DNA of 64,000 bases, taken from assembly GCA_053919585.1 (NCBI GenBank), contig CM132808.1; one strand, written 5' to 3'. This document shows, piece after piece, positions 39,198-52,055 of the stretch. The translations under genes were made by a program, and so were the position numbers. How positions within the stretch are numbered: position 1 is the first letter of the stretch; each line of letters opens with the position of its first letter. The DNA is from Euprymna scolopes. Its lineage: Eukaryota. The notes below the pieces were generated by a model, which was given only the letters and a program-made list of their open reading frames with translations, ran no database searches and was not told the origin of the DNA.

Positions 39198-41334
39198 GGA
39201 AAACTCGTCCCGGGAAAACTCGTCTCGGGAAAACTCGTCTCCGGAAAACTCGTCCCCTTTCGCTAGGTAGGAAAACTGGTCCCTTATTGAATAAATATCG
39301 ATTGAAAACACATTTTATGATCGTTCTTGAAGGAGATATTGCTTTTTAAAATAGACTATAGCCCCCCCCCCCCCATAATATTTTTTTTTAAATATTTTTA
39401 TTTGTTTAATGATTTTTTTTTTTTTTTTTAAATAAAATCGATTGCCCGTTTTCTACCTAACTGGCTAAGTTCTTAGTGGTTTCACTTATTTTAAAGCGTT
39501 TAATATGTTCATACAAAGTTAATTACAATTTTTTTGTTTCTTATTTTAACGATGTTTTTTGGAGTCATAAAAACAATAATAAAAAACAAAACCAAAAAAT
39601 TAAAAACTGGGAGCGTTACTTTTTTTGTTTTGGTTTTTTAATTATGATAGTTTTTTGTTGTTATGTTTTTGTTTTCTCTCATACCAAATGCACTCATGCG
39701 TCATTTAAAATTATAATTTTATCCATTATCAACATTTATTGTCGTCCTGTCAAATTTTGCAAAAATTAACTAATAAATTAAAAGCGAAATATTTTTTTGG
39801 CGCGATAGATGCCATGTGCTTACAATCTCTCGTTAACTAATTTTTAATTTTTTAAATTTTTACTTCAAAATTCTAAAATCAATCATTCAGAGAAAAAGTA
39901 ATCACTAGATAAATTTATTAATCAATTTTATTGAAAACTCCGCTATCGTTTATCAAGAATCTTTTTAATTTCATTTTTTGTTGGTTGTTTTTCGGAGGGA
40001 GATATAGTTTTAACCCCCCCTCTCTAAATTATATTTTAAAAAATATTAAAATTTGGGTTTGTATTACTGTACACAGATTCGAAAAAGTAGTTAAAAAACA
40101 CCTTTTCCCGAACTTACCGTGTTAAATAGAGAGAGTCGGCCGCCATTTTGAATTTTCCAATACATCGGTAAACACTGTATGCTTTTTGAGCTGAATAAAC
40201 ATGTTAAATAAAATAAAAACACGAAAATTATATCCAGTTTGGTAGAAAAGTAATTTATCTTGCCTTTGATAACATTTATTTGTTATATATTTGTTTTTTT
40301 GACAACTTTTTCGAATCTATGTGTACAGTAATACAAACCCGAACGAGAAATAATGTCCGGTAAATCACATCTTAGGGGTCTTGATAATCGCTAAAAAATA
40401 TAAAATTAAAGAAATTACTGAGGGAGATTTAGTTTTAAATAGAAAATAATAAATTTTAATATTTTTTAAAATATAATTTAGAGAGAGGGGGAGAGAGTGG
40501 GGGGGGGAAAACTATATCTCCCTCCGAAAAACAACCAACAAAAAATGAAATTAAAAAGATTCTTGATAAACGATAGCGGAGTTTTCAATAAAATTGATTA
40601 ATAAATTTATCTAGTGATTACTTTTTCTCTGAATGATTGATTTTAGAATTTTGAAGTAAAAATTTAAAAAATTAAAAATAAGTTAACGAGAGATTGTTAA
40701 CACATGGCATCTATCGCGCCAAAAAAATATTTCGCTTTTAATTTATTAGTTAATTTTTGCAAAATTTGACAGGACGACAATAAATGTTGATAATGGATAA
40801 AAAGATAATTTTAAATAACGCATGAGTGCATTTGGTATGAGAGAAAACAAAAACATAACAACAAAAAACTATCATAATTAAAAACCAAAACAAAAAAGTA
40901 ACGAAAAATCGAATCGCTCCCTGTTTTTTAATTTTTTGGTTTTGTTTTTAATTATTGTTTTTATGTCTCGAAAAAAACATCGTTAAAATAAGAACAAAAA
41001 AAATTTGTAATCAACTTTGTATGAACATAATAAACGCTTTAATAGAAGTGAAACCACTAAGAACTTAGCCAGTTAGGTAGAAAACGGACACTTAGAAAAT
41101 CGATTTTATTAAAAAAAAAAAAAAAAAAAAAAAACATTAAACAAGTAAAAATATTTTTAAAAAATATTAGGGGGGGGCTATAGTCTATTTTAAAAAATAA
41201 TATCTCCTTCAAGAATGATCATAAAATGTGTTTTCAATCGGTATTTATTCAATAAGGGACCAGTTTTCCTACCTAGCTAAAGGGGACCAGTTTTCCGGAG
41301 ACGAGTTTTCCGGAGACGAGTTTTCCGGGCACCC
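39198..41334. mobile_element. Long foldback element (family A) with near-identical inverted arms of about 850 bp
   Basis: 39198-40054 is the reverse complement of about 40451-41334; 14-15-bp GGAAAACTCGTC repeats at the tips. Confidence 0.9.
40055..40340. mobile_element. Family B MITE, internally deleted, in the spacer of family A
   Basis: GGGTTTGTATTACTGTACAC...GTGTACAGTAATACAAACCC termini. Confidence 0.85.
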
Positions 41335-42309
41335 AACTGAACTCTTTGAATAGACATTTAGTAAATAACTGAAAGCGGATTAAACATTTAGGTGTGATAT
41401 TCCCTTCGTGCGAGAGGGTGGGGTGTGGTGGTGGAGGCTCTTGAAAATCCATGAATGGGAGTGGGAGGTCAAAAGTTTTTTTTTTTTAATCTACAAGTTT
41501 TGACATCCAACCAACTGTTTAAATTACTTTATAACTTTTTCTTTAATAATCCATATTTAATAAATATTTATATAAAATTATCAGGAAAAAAGCCAAATTT
41601 GAAGCCAAACTGCTTTAAAAAAGCCAAATTCGTGAAATTTGGCTTTAAACAAAAAGCTGGCAACCCTGTCGCTAACAACGAATTCTAATATTCAAAGCCG
41701 TCGCAAGTTTATCGTTTGCATGGTATTAACCCTTGCACTATTTTGCGCCATATCACCGTATTCGTTAACGCGACGCATGTACGTGCCCGTAGTCACAAGG
41801 CGCATATTTTAAATAACAGTTTTCATCTAATTGAAATACTTTAAATTTAATAGTATTGACCTCATTTATAGTAAAAATAATATCAAGTTCTCACGAGCGG
41901 TATACAAAAACATTTTTTTTTAGTTTAATTCTGCAGTTTAATTTATCGTTTTTTCCGTAAGTAACGCGCCGACATACAATAAAGCAGGAGAACTGTTTAA
42001 TTTTTCACAAAAATTGTTTACATTGGGGCGCGACAAGTCACTTTACTACGCGCGAACGCATCATGTAAAAATAAAAATAGCATTAACGAAGGCGGTGAGA
42101 TGGCACGAAAGAGTGAGGGTTCATACAATGCAAACGGTAAATTTGCGACGGGTTTAATATCAGATTTTTTTTTTTTTTTAGATAAGGTCCACACTACACC
42201 GCCACAATTTTCTTTTAAATGACAACTATTATAGGTTTTCGACTGAATACGTAAATTGCATTGAAATTTTGCAGGAAAAAGTAGTTATCGAGATATAAAA
42301 ACTTGTATT

Positions 42310-42406
42310 ATGCATTGTATTCTTTGGCGGCCATTTTTTTTTTTTTTTTTTTTTTAACGCGCCTAAAAAAAAAAAAAAAAAATGGCCGCCAAAGAATACA
42401 ATGCAT
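42310..42406. repeat. Hairpin with YY1-like motifs (centre of a truncated foldback element)
   Basis: ATGCATTGTATTCTTTGGCGGCCAT(T)n ... (A)nTGGCCGCCAAAGAATACAATGCAT. Confidence 0.75.
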
Positions 42407-42435
42407 TTGGAGTGGGGGGCGTAATTAACTTCACA

Positions 42436-43690
42436 GGGTTTGTATTACTGTTCATATCGAAAAAGTTGTCAAAAAACAAATATATAACAAATAAATATTA
42501 TCAAAGACAAGATAAGTTACTTTTCTACCAAACTGGATACATGTGTTTTTATTCAATGTAACAATAACATGTTTATTCAGCTCGAAAAACATGCAGTGTT
42601 TACCGATGTATTGGAAAATTCAAAATGGCGCCCGACACTCTAACATGGTAAGTTCAGGAAAAGGTTTATTATTTATAACACTAGACAAAATACTGTTAGA
42701 AACCACCGAATATATGTCAAGTTGTCACGGTAACATATTGAGCGAATTTCTAACAGTATTTTGTCTAGTTTATTATTTATTACACCTTTTTCCAAACTTA
42801 CCGTGTTAAAGAGAGAATCGCTCGCCATTTCGAATTTTCCAATACATCGGTAAACACTGTTTTTCGAGCTGAATAAACATGTTACATTGAATAAAAACAC
42901 AATATATCCAGTTTGGTAGAAAAGTAACTTATCTTGCCTTTGATAGCATTTATTTGTTATATATTTGTTGTTTGACAATTTTTAGAATCTATGTGAAAAC
43001 TGCTAGTCAAGGATTCTAAAAAGTTGTCAAAAAACAAATATATAACAAATAAATGTTATCAAAGGCAAGATAAATTTTCTGCCAAACTGGATATATTTTG
43101 TGTTTTTATTCAATGTAACATGTTTATTCAGCTCGAAAAACAGTGTTTACCGATGTATTCGAAAATTCAAGATGGCGTCTCACACCCTCTTTAACACCGT
43201 AAGTTTGGAAAAAGGTTTTATAAATAATAAACTAAACAATATACTAAAAACCCGCCGAATATATGTCAACCTATGTCACGGTAACATATATTGATAGAGT
43301 TTTTTTAACAGTATTTTATCCGGTTTTTTATTTATAACATCTTTTCCCAAACTTACCGTGTTAAAGAGAGAATAAGACGCCATCTTAAATGTTCCAATAC
43401 ATCGGTAAACACTGTATGGTTTTAGAGCTGAATAAACAGGTTATGGTTAACTTTCGCCACCCGTTGTTTACAAAGCCATTTGCCGGAAGTGACGTTTTAT
43501 CTACGGATGATCAAAACCGTATAGAATGAACCTTTTTTTATAAGTTTTATTCAAACAGGCTTTATTTGAACTTAATGGACTTTTTTTTGTATTTAGTAAC
43601 TGTTTTATTCTTTTTATCAAACAAAAATAGAATTTTTATATTGACATATTATGGACTGTTTTTCGAACATCGAAATTTTAAAATTAGTTT

Positions 43691-43735
<45 letters not shown>

Positions 43736-44303
43736 GTTTTTTTTTTTCAATTAAATTCTAAACTTTATTTGAATTTTTCAACAAACTTTTACAGACATAA
43801 CGGACTGTTTTTCAAACATCGAAATTTTAAAATTAAAGTTTTGACCCTTCTAGAGTTATCGAACTTACTTTCGAATTTGCAAGACTGCCAAATTGATTTC
43901 CAAATTATGAACATTTTAGCAAATACAGTAATGCCAGCGACAGAACAAGCAACAACAAATATAGTATTCAGTGATGTGAAAGAATAAAACAGTTAATAAA
44001 TACAAAAAAAAAAAAGTCCATTAAGTTCAAATAAAGCCTGTTTGAATAAAACTTATAAAAAAAAAAAGGTTCATTCTATACGGTTTTGATCATCCGTAGA
44101 TAAAACGTCACTTCCGGCAAATGGCTTTGTAAACAACGGGTGGCGAAAGTTAACCATAACCAATAAACATGTTACATTGAATAAAAACACAAAAAATATA
44201 TCCAGTTAGGTTGAAAAGTAACTTATCTTGCCTTTTACAACATTTGTTATATATTTGTTTTTTGACAACTTTTTCGAATCTATGTGTACAGTAATACAAA
44301 CCC
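42436..44303. mobile_element. Tandem pair of family B palindromic MITEs (42436-42995 and about 43012-44303)
   Basis: Two full B palindromes head to tail with intact outer GGGTTTGTATTACTGT ends; the second is interrupted by C. Confidence 0.85.
43439..44161. mobile_element. Family C MITE (TIRs of about 160 bp) inserted in B
   Basis: GGTTATGGTTAAC...GTTAACCATAACC with perfect 8-bp TSD AATAAACA (43431-43438, 44162-44169). Confidence 0.93.
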
Positions 44304-44476
44304 ATATTTTCTTTAATTTAAACCCAAGTTTCGTTATCTTATAAATGGGCTGAGGAATGACTGGTGATCGTGGTCAAGATTTTAGCGAAATTTGTTCCCC
44401 CCCCCCCCGTTTTTTTGTTTTTTAATTAAACTACACTGTCGGATACTTGAAGGCGTTTAAAATCATCTGAATAATA

Positions 44477-44778
44477 GGTGAGATTCAGATACGCTACAAC
44501 AAAACACCGACCACTTTTTTATATATAGGTAATTGAGGTCGCTGACAACGAATCTGTCAAAGTTGGGGCAAATTTACCGTTTGCATGGTATTAACCCACC
44601 ATTTTGCAGCTTGTGTGTGCGCGCGCTGTGGCATAAACGACGGCTTCAACAAGCAAACTGCCTTCTCACATGGCGTACAAATCTTCCGCGGAAAATTTGA
44701 AATTAGATGAAAAAGAAATAAAGCAAGAAAAAGCCAAGTTGGGGATGGGGTGGGGTAATTTCATTGAATCCCCCTCTC

Positions 44779-44813
<35 letters not shown>

Positions 44814-45083
44814 AGTCCGTAATTTTTTGATTGATACGCCATGTGAGAAGACAGTTTGCTTGGTGAAGCAAGCCGTCGTTTATGTGGCAGCGCGCGTAGC
44901 GTAAACGGAAGCTGCAAAATGGTGGAAAGTAGTTCGTGGGTTCATGGGGTTAATACCAGGCAAACGGTAAATTTGCCAAGTTTGACTATCAGATTCGTTG
45001 TCAGCGATCAATTAGCTATAAAAAGAAAAAAGGCACACACAAGAGTGGTCAGTGTTCTGTTGCAGCGTAACGTGATATTTACC
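44477..45083. mobile_element. Family G foldback element about 500 bp downstream of the H1 stem-loop
   Basis: Inverted arms (CGCTACAACAAAACACCGACCA / TGGTCAGTGTTCTGTTGCAGCG; GCAAATTTACCGTTTGCATGG); ends GGTGAG...TTTACC. Confidence 0.8.
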
Positions 45084-45575
45084 GTCGCAAGCCATAGAAA
45101 AGTACAAGTACGAGTAATTTGAAGAAATAAAACACAAGTTTTGAAACTTCGATTACAATCGAAAACATTTAGAGGGAGGGGGGGGATTACCTTCGCAAAT
45201 TAACCGAAGTTGTACAGAAGGGCGTTAATGTCACTGAAATACATTTATAAAAACAAAATAAAAATAAGAGAGGGGAAAAAATAAAAACGGTACTCGATGA
45301 CTTGGAAAAATATTTTAAACCTTGTTCGCCAGGAGTGATGTGCAAACAAAAAACTACCGATGGTTAAAATCTGAGTATATGATTTTATGAAAATTTCAAA
45401 ATTTGAAGTTGTAGTAAATGTTAATGAAGCGAGGTTAAAAATATTTGCATTAAACCTTTAAATGGCTGAGTTTTTGTTTCAGACAGACTGGGTGGGGACA
45501 TGAAATGAAGTCGCAAAATGAAGAGCGGGGTAACATCGCAAATAGTAAAAAGAAAAACTTTGGGTATAGTGTCAT

Positions 45576-45591
45576 GGCCCTGAAAAGGGCC
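45576..45591 (-). terminator. Histone 3' UTR stem-loop
   Basis: Minus strand AAAAC-GGCCCTTTTCAGGGCC-A, 35 nt after the H1 stop codon. Confidence 0.95.
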
Positions 45592-45626
45592 GTTTTGTTT
45601 AGTTGGCTAGAAAAAGTAAAAATAAT

Positions 45627-46136
45627 TTACTTCTTGGCGGTCTTCTTAGCGGCTTTTTTGGCCTTGGGTTTAACTGCCTTTTTAGCGGCTTTCTTGGCGG
45701 CGGGCTTCTTGGGTTTAGGCTTGGCTGCCTTTTTGGGGGATTTCTTCGCGGGTTTGGGCTTTTTGACGGCTGATTTCTTTGCTTTCGGTTTCTTGGCAGC
45801 TTTAGGAGCCTTTGGTTTAACCTTCTTGGCTGCAGCCTTCTTGGGAGCCTTGGGCTTGCCAGCGGCCTTAGAAAGCTTAAAGGATCCAGAGGCACCAGCG
45901 CCTTTCACTTGGAGAAGGGCACCGCTGACAACTCCTTTCTTCAGAGCCTGTTTCAGTTGAACGTTGACGAGATTACTATTATCGCTAACCTTGTACTTGC
46001 TGGTGATGTACTTGAGGATGGCAATTCTGGAGGAACCTCCTCTTTCTTTCAGTGAAGTGATAGCGGCAGCAATCATTTCGTTGTATTTGGGGTGGGTTGC
46101 CTTCTTAGCTGGAGCCTTCTTCTTAGCATCAGACAT
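45627..46136 (-). CDS. H1: Linker histone H1, H1.0/H5 (H1-delta)-like, 169 aa, intronless
   Basis: Winged-helix globular domain HPKYNEMIAAAI...GGSSRIAILKYI...KGAGASGSFKL, Lys/Ala/Pro-rich tail with SPKK, intact ORF. Confidence 0.97.
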   Translation of the reverse strand: MSDAKKKAPAKKATHPKYNEMIAAAITSLKERGGSSRIAILKYITSKYKVSDNSNLVNVQLKQALKKGVVSGALLQVKGAGASGSFKLSKAAGKPKAPKKAAAKKVKPKAPKAAKKPKAKKSAVKKPKPAKKSPKKAAKPKPKKPAAKKAAKKAVKPKAKKAAKKTAKK

Positions 46137-46186
46137 GGTTGGTTCGGGTTCGAGTTAAAACTGTAAAGAAGTGAATATGAGTATGT

Positions 46187-46250
46187 CTTCCGGGCAAGTG
46201 GTACAACAAGTTTCTGCGCATGCGATTTTATAGTGAACGTGCGGACGTAG
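46187..46250 (-). promoter_or_regulatory. H1 proximal promoter
   Basis: On the minus strand: TATAAAA (46232-46226) about 90 nt before the ATG, H4-box-like GTCCGC (46246-46241), NRF1-like TGCGCATGCG (46215-46224), ETS CCGGAAG (46193-46187). Confidence 0.7.
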
Positions 46251-48926
46251 TTGTAGACACAAAGCCACTGCGCTAAATGAATAAGCGTAATGCGAGTAGA
46301 TTTCACTAAATTGTGCTAGTCACCTTAATAAACCATCGAATTGTATAAAAATTAAAATGAATGCATGTATTTTTCTTTATATATATGCAAAGAGAATATA
46401 TCAATCTAATAGGTCATTAAATCTTGCGACTTTTTGTGGTGTCTAAATTATTTAAAATGTTTACTTCTTTTTGATATTATATTTAGAATCACTATGTTTC
46501 TGAATAAAGATACGATTAAAGTATTTCAAATAATAAAATTGTAATATTTTATCTTCTTAGCATAAAATTTTAATATTCAACTATGTTTATGTGAAATTTC
46601 GATAAAATGTCTGCAAAACTTGTTAGAGTAAACATAAATAATATTTGCTGTCCCTAACACATCGCCGATCTCAGAGGCGCGACTTCATAAACAACTCTCA
46701 TTGAGTTTAGTCATTTGCGTAATATATTATATTATATTATTTATTTATTTCCTAAAAAAACTTATTGTTATTAATTTACTTAACAGTTTTATGAGATAAT
46801 ATTGTTTCAGTTTTTATGAATAGAATATTTATTAAAAACTAGATGCGCTTTTTGCTTACTTTCTAATTAGACGATGAATTAATTCAATTCAAACCAAAAG
46901 TAAACTTTAGTTTTTAAACTTTTACGCTGGGCGAATGGAAAAATGAAAGAATTAAAAAAATAGACAAACTATTTTTTGAAAAGTATTTTTTAAATGAATG
47001 TATATTATATTTACACGGCATCAGTTCATCAATTAAAACTTTACGTTTGGTGATCGTTTCATAAATTTTTTTTTTCATTGACAGACGACACAACTTAACT
47101 TGTTTTTAATATGAAAATATGCAGCATTGCAGCACCCCCAAAAGGACTCTAAATTAGATAAACAAATTGAAAAATTGTCTCAGTCGAGAAAGATTTCTCC
47201 TTCATTGACAGAAGATAAACTAATACTATACTTTGATTCATCGATTTGCTAAAAGTGAAATAATATATCAGACACAAGGCTCACAAAATTAAAGCAGATG
47301 CTTTTATATATAGCAATTTATTTCGAGGGAGTTTTTTATCCTCATAGTATAAAAGAAAAGTACAGGTGCAGTTAGCACTCCCATATATATGTTATATTAA
47401 CAAAGTCTCCCACCCAATGTTAAGATTGGCTTTCTAAATTTGTTAGAGGATGTTCTGTTTCCTAGAACAATTACAACTGGATATATTTTGAACTAATGTA
47501 TATTCACATTCTGATTTTTAGTTAGTGACTAAAAATCAGAATATGAAAAAACTGAAAAAACGTTTTAATGTAACAAACTGGTTTGATAGGAATTTTCAGT
47601 CATTCATGAATCAGTTAAGAGATTTTATTTCTAAATTCCTCGCATTGCTCGAAATTGATTTGAAACTATTTTCATTTCACGAGGGAAAAACCAGATGAAA
47701 GGTCGTTTTTAATGTAGGGGAAATTCAACATTCCAAAAAGGGACGATCTGGATTGAGACAAAAATCTTAATTGCGTCAGTCTAGAAGATTTTTTTACTGT
47801 TATCCGAAGACAGGAAAGTTAGTGTAATATTAGAAGTTCTAATTTAGAACAGATGTTACACTTTAATTCCAACCAAAAGTCCGAATAATACAAATAGAGT
47901 AATTTTACTTTTTCTAATTAAAAATCTATGAATTTAGAAATAACAATTTAAAAAATAAAAAATAAACCGTAATCTTTTGTTTTTCTCATTTATTATTCAA
48001 TAGAATTCGTTTCAAGTTTTCTTAAGAAACTGTTAATTCGCTTGTTTTAATGATGAATCATCACTTATCAAGGGCAAAAGCCACTCGAGGATTAAAGTTA
48101 ATGAGATGGAATGATTGTCAGTTAAACGACGAAGAATGTTATGTAATAATTCAGAAAGATTTGGATAATCCGTCAATTTAATTATTTTTTTTATTAGAAA
48201 TAATTGTTAAAACATTTTTGCATTCAAAGCCGTTTAATATATATTTTTTTTCAATTTTTTTAAATGTAAACTTTTATTTCTTTTCTATTTTTTACAAATG
48301 TTGTTTCTTTATTTGCGATTTATTTGCGATTTATTTGCGTCGTACTACATGAAATAAATTTTAAGAACTAGAACAATTTTTTTAGACTTTATGCGTTAAT
48401 CTATTTTTTATCATTAAAGAATACATAATAGTTACACGTAACTCAATTAAGTTTGAAATGGCTGCCAAAAATAATCAAATTAGTCTGGTCTAATTGATAA
48501 TTTTAGAACCAAATAATATCGTCATAATTTTGTTATATTAAGTGAACCAAATTGTTTAAAGATAAATAGAACTAACTCACTTCAGTGCCAATCATCCTAA
48601 AGCTGAAAAGTTCAAGATAACTCGATTTCAATGCGCTTTTTTATGAAGTCATCGTAAAACTTCGTCTGAACGTTTTTAAGTTGATGATAGACCTTCTTAG
48701 CATTTCTGGTTGGGTGAAATAAAATTAAAGATGATGAACGCAAATAAATTAGTTTATCATCCCAAACAAATTTAAATGGATGCATTTTTTTAACATAATT
48801 ATAGTCGTGTTTCATGTTTTTTTGTTTTTGTTTTTGTTTTTTTAGATGACAATTAATAACTAGGATTATTCTGATTCATAGCGTTTCGGCCGATCTAACC
48901 ACTCTTCTTCAGGTTAATCTTTTCGA

Positions 48927-48987
48927 GGTGCCCGGAAAACTCGTCCCGGGAAAACTCGTACCCGGAAAACTCGTACCCAAAAACTCC

Positions 48988-49034
<47 letters not shown>

Positions 49035-50892
49035 GGGTAGGAAAACTGGTCCCTTATTGAATAAATATCGATTGAAAACACATTTTATTACCGTTCTTGA
49101 AGGAGATATTGTTTTATTGCACCCCCAATAATATTTTTAAAAATTATTTTTAACTCTTGCTTAAAAAAAATAAACTTGATCACGGAGTCAAGATACGAAA
49201 AATGAAACCAAATATTTATTTTAAAAAATACTCTAGTTTTAACATTTTTTGTGTCATTAAGAAACAAAAAGAAAGAAAGAAAACAAGTATTATCAAAGAA
49301 AGCAATTATTTTATTTAGAAGAATTAATTCAGTTTAAATAATTATTGTGTTATTACAAAACAACAAAAAAGAAAACACGGTCTTATGTAATTTTGGTACT
49401 GCGCTGAAATAATACCATTATTTCGAAAGCCATTCTTAACATCGGGAGGGGAGGGTATCGTTTAAAAGTAATTTCGGGGACACTTTTGTGCACTGTGCAG
49501 TAAGTACTTAAAAATATACAAATTTATTTTCTTTTGGAGGTGGGGGAGGCTCGTTTTAAAACTATATCTACCTCAGTATTTTCTTTAATTTTCAGACATT
49601 TTTTTGTTTAAAATTATTTACTAAGTAATGTCGAGTGCGACATTACTTGTTATTTCTTTTTAACTAAATAAAATCTTTAAAATAAGTTTAAACACCAAAA
49701 AATTATTAAGAAAACGAAAACTTATTTAATTTTTTTAAAACAATAAACATGTAAAAATATTTTTTTAAATATTATGGGATGTGCATTATTACCTAAAAAT
49801 ATACAAATTTATTTTCTTTTGGAGGGGGGGGGCTCGTTTTAAAACTATATCTACCTTAACATTTTCGGGTTTGCATTACTGTACACATAGATTCGAGAAA
49901 GTTGTCAGAAAACAAATATATAACAAATAAATATTATCAAAGGCAAGATAAGTTACTTTTCTACCATACTGGATACATTTTTTCTGTTTTTATTCAATGT
50001 AACATGTTTATTCATCTCGAAAAACATGCAGTGTTTACCGATGTATTGGAAAATTCAAAATGGCGCCCGACACTCTCTTTAACATGGTAAGTTTGGGAAA
50101 AGGTGTTATAAATAATAAACTAGACAAAATACTATTAAAAAAAACACCAAATATATGTCAACTTATGTCACGGTAACATATATTGAGCGAATTTCTAACA
50201 GTATTTTGTCTAGTTTATTATTTATAACATCTTTTCCTGGACTTACCGTGTTAAAGAGAGAGTCGGGCGCCATCTTGAATTTTCCAATACATCGGTAAAC
50301 ACTGTATGCTTTTTGAGATGAATAAACATGTTACATTGAATAAAAACACGAAAAATATATCCCGTTAGGTAGAAAAGTAACTTATCTTGCCTTTGATAAC
50401 ATTTATTTGTTATATATTTGTTTTTTGACAACTTTTTCGAATCTATGTGTACAGTAACAACCCCATATTTTCTTTAATTTACTATTTTTGAGCAATTATC
50501 CTCCTAAGACGTGATCCTCTTATGTTGGACATTTTTTGTTCATAAGTAACACTCGACATTACTTTTCTTTTTTTTTTTTAAACTAAATTCTTTAAAATAA
50601 GTTGAAAGATCAAAAACTTTCAAAGCTAGGTAGAAAACTAAAACTTAGAAAAATTAATTTAATTTTTTTAAAACAACAGTAAACAAGTAAAAATATTAAA
50701 AAAAAAAAAAAAATATTATGGGATGTGTATTCTCTTTTAAAAACAATATCTTCTTCAAGAACGGTCATAAAATGTTTTCAATCGATATTTATACAATAAG
50801 GGACCAGTTTTCCCACCTAGCAAAAATGGACGAGTTTTCTGGGGTCGAGTTTTCCGGGTACGAGTTTACCGAAGACGAGTTTTCCGGGCACC
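48927..50892. mobile_element. Second family A foldback element
   Basis: GGTGCCCGGAAAACTCG... / ...CGAGTTTTCCGGGCACC ends with tandem subterminal repeats; arms homologous to 39198-41334. Confidence 0.85.
49867..50464. mobile_element. Full family B palindromic MITE (about 600 bp) in A
   Basis: Inverted arms of about 280 bp; TSD ACATTTTC/ATATTTTC; empty paralogous site GTATTTTC at 49576-49583. Confidence 0.9.
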
Positions 50893-52055
50893 ACTAAATA
50901 AACTTTCTTTTTATGTTTTTAACACAAATAGGTTAGAAATGAGCAGGTGAATCAAAACAAATTGATTGGAGCGATTGCTAAACTTTATTTACTTTAAAAT
51001 AATTTATGTTGGTAATAGTAATGTTTACATTATTTTTATTTGTTTTTATTCGATTAATACTAAAAAAAATAATAATTCAATGTGTATTTATTAAAGTTAT
51101 GTAAATACGCAATTTTATTCGATACAAAAATTACTAAAATGTTGGGGGGGGGGAATCAAGAGTAATAAAGAAAATATAAAATAAATTTTATTCGATATGT
51201 CATTATTTAGATGAAAATATATGCGAAACTTTTTTCCATATTTTTGTTTCATTTTCATTGTTTGAAATTTAACAACTGTTGCCGGGCAGCGGGCACTTGG
51301 TCGATTTGTGTCGAGTTAAGGGGGGGGGGGAAGCAACGTTGAATTTCCCGCTAAAATAAAAAAAATTTTATTATGATCGAACTCTACGAAACGAAACCGG
51401 CTTAAGTTTAAGCCTAAAAACAGTTTTTAACACTACTATACAAGCATTTTTTAAGCGAAAATAAAACTTGATACCTTAATCTATGGAAAATTCAAATTAT
51501 TCTTTAACTGCTCTGCTCATTAACGTTAAAAAGACGAAAAGAACTGTGTCAAGTGATTCTTTTTTTTTCTTCTTTTTTTTTGTCAAGTGATTCTTTCCTT
51601 TTCTTCATTTCTTGATTTGTAGAATTTTCGTTGAACTTTGATGATTCACACGAAAAACTATGGCACGATACAAAATTCACTTTTTTGAAAGATAACGTAG
51701 AAAATGGAGATGGTGTGGGTTGTTTTATTTTTTATTATTATTTTCTTTTAATGCATTTGACAGCATTTTTAAACTCGTGAGAAAATTTTTATTGAATTTA
51801 TTCTTGTTTAATTATAATCCACTACTATCCATTAATTTTCCATTTACTTGCCAAGTCTCTCATTTCTAAGTTAGCATTCCTCACCAAAGCAAAATGTGAC
51901 ACGGGGTCGTGTTTTTAATGTGGGCGAAAAACAACTCCCCCACGGCAAGGTCCAAATAATTAGCAATTGTCTGATATGAACCTAATTGACTTCAAAAGTA
52001 ATTCTGTGTTATTCCTATCCCCTAACATTTAAATGTTTGAACCTTTTTCAGCGGA

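Larger units (their letters stand above)
33027..41668 (-). mobile_element. hAT (Tip100-like) DNA transposon, 8.6 kb including nested insertions
   Basis: Perfect 12-bp TIR CAGGGTTGCCAG, subterminal AAAGCCAAATT repeats at both ends, and perfect 8-bp TSD TCGCTAAC (33019-33026, 41669-41676). Confidence 0.93.
32962..42170. mobile_element. Family G element split by the hAT insertion
   Basis: Begins GGTAAATGTTTACTTTAACTACAACAGAACACCGACC. Removing 33027-41668 and one TSD restores GGGGTCGCTAACAACGAA, matching GAGGTCGCTGACAACGAA in the copy at 44477. Right end approximate. Confidence 0.7.

Noticed and set aside
39198-39260. Regularly spaced GGAAAACTCGTC repeats as a CRISPR-like array
   Set aside because: No spacers, eukaryotic context, and mirrored at the other end of the element: these are subterminal TIR repeats.
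44490-45069. Family G as a TA-TSD Tc1/mariner MITE starting at CGCTAC
   Set aside because: Several copies share further sequence out to a GGTAAAT-type terminus.
45505-46158. Plus-strand ORFs (151 aa, 64 aa) and the alternative-frame 98-aa ORF overlapping H1
   Set aside because: Shadows of the low-complexity Lys/Ala/Pro codons, with no independent gene signals.
48860-48915. Minus-strand CTGAAGA...GAAAC hammerhead-like boxes (similar at 62351-62400)
   Set aside because: Stems and cleavage triplet cannot be formed; at most decayed Penelope-like termini.
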